Of a DNA stretch of 64,000 nucleotides, positions 58,695 through 64,000 are shown piece by piece. Within the stretch, counting starts at the first letter, position 1. Each line of letters opens with the position of its first letter. This DNA comes from Ostreococcus lucimarinus (taxonomy: Eukaryota), in NCBI GenBank assembly GCA_000092065.1, contig CP000599.1; one strand, given 5' to 3'. The position numbers and the translations under genes are program-made. The notes beneath the pieces were generated by a model that saw only the letters and a program-made list of their open reading frames with translations, was not told the origin of the DNA and searched no databases.

Positions 58695-59474
58695 ATGCCT
58701 CCGCGCAAAAAAGCATCTTCGACCGACGCGCGCGGCTCGCGCGCGCGCGCGCCGGCGAAATCGGCGTCCAAGGGCGACGACGCGACGCGAACGCGACCGC
58801 GCGGTCGAATCGACGCGCCGCGCGCATCCTTCTTCTCGCGCCACGCCAACGTGTACGCGTACGCGCCGAATCTCGTCGGGTACGCCCGCATCGCGCTCGC
58901 GATCTGCGCCCTGAGGACCGCGTTCGCGGACGTGCGGACGTGTCTGCTGTGTTACTTCGCGTCGTTCGCGTGCGACGAGCTCGACGGCCGCCTCGCGCGG
59001 CGATACGATCAGTGCTCCGAGTTCGGTCGAGCGCTGGACATGATCACCGATAGGCTGGCGACGTCGGGATTATTGGTCGTGCTCGCGATGGAGCATCGAG
59101 AGTGGTACGCGACGTGCGTGGGATTGCTGGCGCTGGACGTGGCGTCGCACTGGACGCACGCGTACGTCCAGCTCATGATCGGCGCCGACGGTCACAAATC
59201 CATCGGCGACGAGTCCTTCTTTCTGTTGCGGTGGTACTACGGGAATCGGATATTTATGGGCGCGTGCTGCGTCAGCGTGGAGGTGCTGTATCTGTGTTTG
59301 CACGCGATGCGCGCGGATCCCGCGTTCGTCGGTTTTCGCGCGCTCGGGCCGCTGACGTTTTCGGCGCTCGCGCGTCTCGCGATTCCCGGGTTCGTCGTCA
59401 AGCAGATGGCCAACTGCGCGCAGTTGTTCGAGGCGTGCGAAACGTTGGTGAGGATCGATCGCATGGCGATTTAG
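58695..59474 (+). CDS. PIS1: CDP-diacylglycerol--inositol 3-phosphatidyltransferase (phosphatidylinositol synthase), CDP-alcohol phosphatidyltransferase family
   Basis: ...NVYAYAPNLVGYARIALAICALR...FASFACDELDGRLARRYDQCSEFGRALDMITDRLAT... carries the D(x)2DG(x)2AR...G(x)3D(x)3D signature and aligns with PIS1. Start taken at ATG 58695; the upstream 154 codons are R-rich junk. Confidence 0.8.
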   Translation: MPPRKKASSTDARGSRARAPAKSASKGDDATRTRPRGRIDAPRASFFSRHANVYAYAPNLVGYARIALAICALRTAFADVRTCLLCYFASFACDELDGRLARRYDQCSEFGRALDMITDRLATSGLLVVLAMEHREWYATCVGLLALDVASHWTHAYVQLMIGADGHKSIGDESFFLLRWYYGNRIFMGACCVSVEVLYLCLHAMRADPAFVGFRALGPLTFSALARLAIPGFVVKQMANCAQLFEACETLVRIDRMAI

Positions 59475-59648
59475 CGCGGCCGCGACGCGTCCGGATGTAA
59501 AACGAATGAAATCCGTCTTCGACGCGCGTCGCTTCGCGTCGTCCCGCGGCGCGCTGGGTGTTACCCCGCACACCGTCGCGCGGACGCGCGCGTCGCGCGA
59601 TATTTCGACGCCGAGTCGACGAACGCGTCGTCGACAAAGCTCGGCGTC

Positions 59649-61019
59649 ATGCAGAGCGCCGAAAAACGCCCGCGGTACGCCCTGATCGACTGCGAAGACG
59701 ACGCGAGGTGGCACGGCTTGGCCCAGTGCATCGTCAAACTTTTCGGCCGCGACGACGAAATCTGGCACCACTACCGCGCGTGCGACGGCGAGTTGCCGTC
59801 GAAAGAGATGTTCGCGACGTACGACGGCGTGGTGGTGTCGGGGAGCTCGCACAAGGCGGAGTGGGACACGAACGGGACGCCGCGGTGGACGCGAGCGCTG
59901 GGCGAGTGGCTGCGACGCGCGACGGACGATCGACATCCCGAGTACACGCGCGACGCCGACGGAGGAAAGAAAAAGGTGAAAATATTAGCGATGACGTTCG
60001 CGGGGTACCTGTGCGCGATGGCGAACGGGGGGGCGGTGGGGATGATTCCGAACGGCGGACACGTCGTCGGGGCGACGGCGATGAAGACGACGGAGGCGTG
60101 GCGACGATCGAAAGCGTTCGTCAAGGCGCGGGAGACGTACGGTGAACCGATGGATGGTAAGGGAGAGACGCTGGTGGTGCATCAAAATCGCGCGCAGAGG
60201 ATTGAGCGATTGCCCGAGGGCGCGACGGCGACGACGACGAGCGGAGACGGGGAGATTGAAATGTGGACGACGCGCGATGGACGCTGTTTAGCGTGGCAGC
60301 ACTCGTTCAGCGATGGCGTCGCGAGCGTGTTGTCGCACAAAGTCGAGAGCGGGCTCGAGGCGAGGCGGTCCGAGAAGAGCGCGGCGGCGGCGGGGGACGT
60401 AAAGCCGGATGATTTGCCAAACAACGACGCCGGGTTTCTCATCGGCGTCGCGCGCGCGTTTTTGCGCGACGGCGCGCTCGCGAGCGACGAAGACGAAGAA
60501 TATTTACGCACTCGCCGCCGCGAGGCGCGCGAGACTTTGTCGTGGGCGGCGCGACGGAGAGAGGAAATCATGGCGGCGCGCGCGGCGCGCGGCGCGCGGC
60601 CCGGCGCGGCCAACGCCAAACGCGACGCCGCGAACGATGGTTCGACCGCGCCAGCGATCGTCGAGCGAGAAGAATCCGCGCGCACGCAAGCCATGGCCGC
60701 GCGCGCGTTCACCAAAATCGCCGACACCGTCAACGCCGAGCTCTCGCTCGCCGCGAGCGAGGTTCGATTTCTCCAAAACGCCAACGAAACCGCCGCTCGC
60801 GAGTACGACGCCGTCGGCGAATCCATCGCCGACTTGCACGTCTTCATCGGCGCATTAAAAGCCAAGGACGAGGCGATGAAACCAAAGTTAGACGCGATCT
60901 TAGCCATCGAAGGCGAGGTGGACGCGTTGGAGACGCTCGCGCGCGCCGTCGACAAGCGCGTCTCCGCGCTCGAGCTTCGTCTCAAATCCATCAAGTCCAA
61001 GCGCGCGAGCGCGACGTGA
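59649..61019 (+). CDS. Class-I glutamine amidotransferase-like domain protein with C-terminal coiled coil (456 aa)
   Basis: N-terminal ~230 aa are GATase1-like (...YDGVVVSGSSHKAEWDTNGTPRW...KVKILAMTFAGYLCAMANGG...). The C-terminus is a K/E/A coiled coil. ATG start. Confidence 0.45.
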   Translation: MQSAEKRPRYALIDCEDDARWHGLAQCIVKLFGRDDEIWHHYRACDGELPSKEMFATYDGVVVSGSSHKAEWDTNGTPRWTRALGEWLRRATDDRHPEYTRDADGGKKKVKILAMTFAGYLCAMANGGAVGMIPNGGHVVGATAMKTTEAWRRSKAFVKARETYGEPMDGKGETLVVHQNRAQRIERLPEGATATTTSGDGEIEMWTTRDGRCLAWQHSFSDGVASVLSHKVESGLEARRSEKSAAAAGDVKPDDLPNNDAGFLIGVARAFLRDGALASDEDEEYLRTRRREARETLSWAARRREEIMAARAARGARPGAANAKRDAANDGSTAPAIVEREESARTQAMAARAFTKIADTVNAELSLAASEVRFLQNANETAAREYDAVGESIADLHVFIGALKAKDEAMKPKLDAILAIEGEVDALETLARAVDKRVSALELRLKSIKSKRASAT

Positions 61020-61160
61020 GCGCCGCGCCCGCGCGCGTGCCATTGTAAATTATTATTTTAAACCAGCGCTCGCTCGCGCGTTAGACGCGTTCCAATCGCC
61101 GCTCGCCTCGTCGAACGCTCGCCTCGCGTCCGCACACCGCGACGCCGCCCATCCCTCGCG

Positions 61161-61526
61161 ATGTCCGATCGCGTCCCCGACGCCCTCGACGCCGTCACGA
61201 ACGAAGATCGTTTCACCGTCGAGCTCGAGTTCGTGCAATCGCTCGCCAATCCGCGCTACGTCCACTTCTTAGCCTCAAAGGGCGTCCTCAGGGATGACAG
61301 ATTCATCGCGTATCTCCGCTATCTGCGCTACTGGGAGCGCCCGGAGTACGCGAAATTCATCCTCTACCCCCACTGCCTGCGGTTTCGAAGGCTCCTGCTC
61401 GACGACGCCTTCCGCGTCGCGATGGAGAACCCGCGAAACGCCGAGCGCGCGTTCAAGGCGCAGTTTGAACGCTGGAGCGCGCGCGGCGCGGCGCCGAGCC
61501 GCGCCGACGCGGACGCGAACGCGTGA
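61161..61526 (+). CDS. MED31: Mediator complex subunit 31 (MED31/SOH1)
   Basis: RFTVELEFVQSLANPRYVHFLASKGVLRDDRFIAYLRYLRYWERPEYAKFILYPHCLRF matches the MED31 consensus (FxxELEFVQCLANPxYxxFLA...YLKYLxYWxxPEYAKxxxYPxCL). Confidence 0.88.
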   Translation: MSDRVPDALDAVTNEDRFTVELEFVQSLANPRYVHFLASKGVLRDDRFIAYLRYLRYWERPEYAKFILYPHCLRFRRLLLDDAFRVAMENPRNAERAFKAQFERWSARGAAPSRADADANA

Positions 61527-61649
61527 CGGTTCGCGCGATGCGAGCGCGAAAAAGAGGGATTCGCGTCGCCGCGCGTCGACGACGACCCTCGCGCGTCGGC
61601 GCCGCTCGGCGCCGCGTCGCGCGTTGAAATTACACCGCGCGCGGCGCTG

Positions 61650-61672
61650 ATTTAGGGTTTAGGGTTTAGGGT
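61650..61672. repeat. Interstitial telomeric repeat (TTTAGGG)3, G-strand orientation, 40 bp upstream of the 61711 ATG
   Basis: gatTTTAGGGTTTAGGGTTTAGGGTTcg; three perfect units 61.6 kb from the telomere. Confidence 0.9.
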
Positions 61673-61710
61673 TCGCCGCGCGTCGACGCCGCACACGCCG
61701 ACGCGGCGCC

Positions 61711-62430
61711 ATGGCGTCCGCGGACGACCCCTCGCGCGCGCGCTTCGGCGCCGCCATGCTCGACGGCTTCGCCGTCGACGTCTCGCACCAGGAGATCGAG
61801 CGCGTCGTCGTCGAGCTCGAGGAACTGTACCGAAGCCAACCGGGCGAGTGGCTGCCGATCGCCGGCATCGGCGACTACCTCGCGCGCGAGCTCGGATACG
61901 AGGACCTGGACGAGTTCGAGGACGCGCTGAAGAGCGATTTCGCCGCCTTCGTCGGGAAACTGCCGCACGTGGTGATCTCGCGCGTGGAGAGCGAACTGAC
62001 GCCGGGGACGTTTCGGGACGTCTTCAAGGTGACGACGCCGGCGGCGACGGGAAAAGCGGCGAAACCGCGCGTCATGCGATTGCGGGTGCGAAACAGAGAG
62101 GATCTGTGGCGAGTGTTCATGAAATCGCCGAACACGGCGCTGGAGATTCCGGAGATTGATTTTTACGTCGGCGGCGACGCGAAGCGCGCGGTGGACTCGG
62201 TGTACAACCACGTCGCGGCGTGCGTGTTCAATCTCGAGACGCACGTCGCGCACATGGCGACGAGCGCGGAAACCGAGGATGAGCGTCGAGGGATCTTGGA
62301 GACGTGCGAGGCGCTGCGAGGGATGTTGGATTTAGAGCGGGAGTTTACGCTCGTCGCGCGAGACGCCGACGGCGCGTGCGCGTTCAAACCGGACGACGGC
62401 GTCGAGATCGAGTACGTCGACGACGCGTGA
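61711..62430 (+). CDS. Hypothetical acidic protein (239 aa), no family recognised
   Basis: Clean ATG-to-TGA ORF with protein-like composition. Telomere-repeat cluster in its proximal promoter. Confidence 0.45.
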   Translation: MASADDPSRARFGAAMLDGFAVDVSHQEIERVVVELEELYRSQPGEWLPIAGIGDYLARELGYEDLDEFEDALKSDFAAFVGKLPHVVISRVESELTPGTFRDVFKVTTPAATGKAAKPRVMRLRVRNREDLWRVFMKSPNTALEIPEIDFYVGGDAKRAVDSVYNHVAACVFNLETHVAHMATSAETEDERRGILETCEALRGMLDLEREFTLVARDADGACAFKPDDGVEIEYVDDA

Positions 62431-62672
62431 TCGAGCGCCGTCCATCGTAAAAAATGTATTAGCGCGCTTGTAACGCCGGCGCACGCTAGCTCGAACCGCG
62501 CGCTTCGATCGCGCGTCCCGTCCCGCGTCCCGAGCGCGTCCCGAGCGCGTCCCCGTCCCGCACACCTCGACGTCTCGCGACGCCGCCGCGACGCGTCGCG
62601 CCGCGACGACGCCGACGTCGACGACGCGCGCGCCGAGCGTCGCGAGACGCGCGAACCGCGCGATCGCGCGCG

Positions 62673-63646
62673 ATGCGTCCGAGCGGTCGACTTTTGCGCG
62701 CCTTCAAGGGGTGGTTGGACACGCGCGCCGTCGTGCGCGTCGCCGGCGCGGACGCCGCGGCGTTTCTGCAGGTGCGCTCGATGTTTACGTATCGCCATCG
62801 TTTCAAAACTGACGCGACGACCAGGGCGCGGTGACGAACGACGTGCGCGCGCTGCGCGAGGGCGGCGACGCGGCGTACTGCGCGACGCTCACGCCGAAGG
62901 GAAAAATCTTCGCCGACGCGTTCGTTCGACTCGCCGGGAGCGAATCGGATGAATTTTTATTGGACGTCGATCGAGAAAAGTCGAGCGAATTTTTGCGCGC
63001 GCTCAGGATGCTGAGCCTGAGGAAACGGGTGACGATCGAGGACGCGAACGAGCATCGCGTCGTCGTCGCGAGCGCGGACGCGGACGTCGGGGATTCGAGC
63101 GCGCGCGCGGTGCGGAGGGACGAGCGATTGGAACAATTAGGGTTTAGGGGTATAGTGCCCGCGTCCGACGCGGCGTGGCGCGACGCGGTGGCGGACGCGC
63201 ACGCGCGAACGCGAATCGCGCTCGGCGTCGCCGAGGGCGCGAGCGAGCTCGCGAACGCGTTACCGCTCGAGTGCAATTTCGACGCTTTGAACGGCGTGAG
63301 TTTCACCAAAGGGTGCTACGTCGGGCAAGAGAACACGGCGAGGCAGCGGTTTCGAGGGGTCGTGCGCAAGCGCATCGCGCCTTTCGTTGCGATCGAACCC
63401 GGCGCGCGCGCGCCGAGCGTCGGGGGAAAAATCGTAAACGAACGCGGCGACGTCGTGGGTGATGTCATCGCGGCGATCGAAGACGAGGACGCGGTCTTGG
63501 GTTTGGTGCGCGCGCGCATGAGTTTCATTCGCGCGCACGTTGCGGGCGAACCAGGGTCGGCGTTTCGAATCGCCGACGGCGCGCGCGTCGGCGTCGAGCC
63601 CCCGAGTTGGTGGCCGACCGAGTGGCTCGACGCCGCCGAGGAGTGA
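62673..63646 (+). CDS. IBA57: IBA57/CAF17 (YgfZ family, GcvT-like folate-binding Fe-S assembly factor); 2 exons: 62673..62771 and 62825..63646
   Basis: Exon 2 carries the KGCYxGQE signature (SFTKGCYVGQENTARQRFRG). Exon 1 is MRPSGRLLRAFKGWLDTRAVVRVAGADAAAFLQ, followed by a GTGCGC donor. The 53-nt intron has the branch motif AAACTGACG and the acceptor ACGACCAG|. The junction reads GADAAAFLQ|GAVTNDV, matching E. coli YgfZ GADSEKYMQGQVTADV. Confidence 0.8.
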
Positions 63647-63728
63647 AGCGCCGAGGAGGAAAGAGTAGCTGCGTTTATAGAATCGTGCGTGCGCACGAGC
63701 TTTAGGTTTTATCACAAATCATTCGTTC

Positions 63729-64000
63729 TCATTCGTCCTCCTCGTCGTCCACGACCAACGCGCGTTTCTTTCGCTCCTTGGGCGCGCCGACGGCTTCGTC
63801 TTCGTCTTCGTCCAACGAGCCCGCGGCGACGTCCTGTTCCATCGCGCCCGCACCATCGCTACCGGCCGCACCATCGTTCTCCTCGGCCTCTAAGAAATCG
63901 GCGTCCATCCGCGCCGCGCCCCCTTCCGCGTCGACGTCGCCGCCGGCGTCGTCGCGTCGTTCGTAATACGACTCCGTGTACCCGCGATCGTTTCTCCCCC
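63729..64000 (-). CDS. 3' end of a gene running off the window (acidic C-terminal tail ...KERKKRALVVDDEEDE*)
   Basis: Open minus-strand frame from the window edge to TGA at 63729-63731 with protein-like composition. No identification possible. Confidence 0.3.
   Translation of the reverse strand, partial: GRNDRGYTESYYERRDDAGGDVDAEGGAARMDADFLEAEENDGAAGSDGAGAMEQDVAAGSLDEDEDEAVGAPKERKKRALVVDDEEDE

Noticed and set aside
57891-58844. Full 317-aa minus ORF as one protein
   Set aside because: Its N-terminal third overlaps the conserved PI-synthase CDS on the opposite strand and is R-rich junk, so it was trimmed to the ATG at 58553 (or 58397).
63128-63141. TTAGGGTTTAGGGG telomere-like 2-unit match
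   Set aside because: Lies inside IBA57 exon 2, where it encodes QLGFRG in a conserved protein, so it is a chance match and not a regulatory ITS.
1-64000. Prokaryotic or phage/giant-virus origin, operons, CRISPR, mobile elements
   Set aside because: Telomere repeats, spliceosomal introns, a Pol III tRNA with T-run terminator, TATA boxes, TGTAA poly(A) signals and uniformly eukaryotic gene content exclude it. No transposase, integrase, TIR/LTR or capsid-like genes were seen.

Overview
This 64 kb window is the left end of a nuclear chromosome from a GC-rich (~65-68% GC) eukaryote. It is not prokaryotic or viral. Gene content and composition fit a Mamiellophyceae-type green picoalga such as Micromonas or Ostreococcus; this is inferred from the sequence, and no database search was run.

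Main contents:
- Telomere: 19 perfect CCCTAAA units (the Arabidopsis-type TTTAGGG telomere, C-strand shown) at positions 1-138, with the first gene (a heat-shock factor) ending only ~700 bp inside it.
- About 40 densely packed nuclear protein-coding genes (roughly one per 1.5 kb, mostly single-exon) plus one Pol III tRNA-Arg(TCG). The genes include SCO1, an eIF4G-like protein, PPME1, SUMO-E1 AOS1, GSA aminotransferase HemL, a GH5 mannanase, EBP1/PA2G4, Rubisco accumulation factor RAF1, ribosomal protein eS1, alpha-MPP, CtIP/COM1, PEX11, a PhyH dioxygenase, an AMT1 ammonium transporter, alpha-SNAP, a thylakoid pentapeptide protein, organellar uL3, PI synthase, MED31 and IBA57/YgfZ.
- Ten homology-supported short spliceosomal introns, all within the first ~110 codons of their genes (one lies immediately after ATGG). 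Donors are GC-rich GTGCGT-like and an ACTGACG-type branch motif sits 10-35 nt before the AG.
- Telo-box-like (A/G)CCCTA(A) motifs sit at the 5' ends of translation-apparatus genes (eS1, eIF4G-like, EBP1, uL3), and an interstitial (TTTAGGG)3 lies 40 bp upstream of a hypothetical gene.
- Two unusual single-ORF domain fusions stand out: a divergent P-type ATPase carrying a C-terminal class-I SAM methyltransferase domain, and an N-terminal ankyrin domain fused to malonyl-CoA:ACP transacylase.
- Other notable features are two ~86-113 bp tandem duplications inside divergent promoters, low-GC gene islands, and an MFP1-like giant TM + coiled-coil + SAP protein with 33-bp coding tandem repeats.

The supplied ORF track uses GTG/TTG as 'M'. 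It also contains many long antisense ORFs that are artefacts of high GC; these were rejected.
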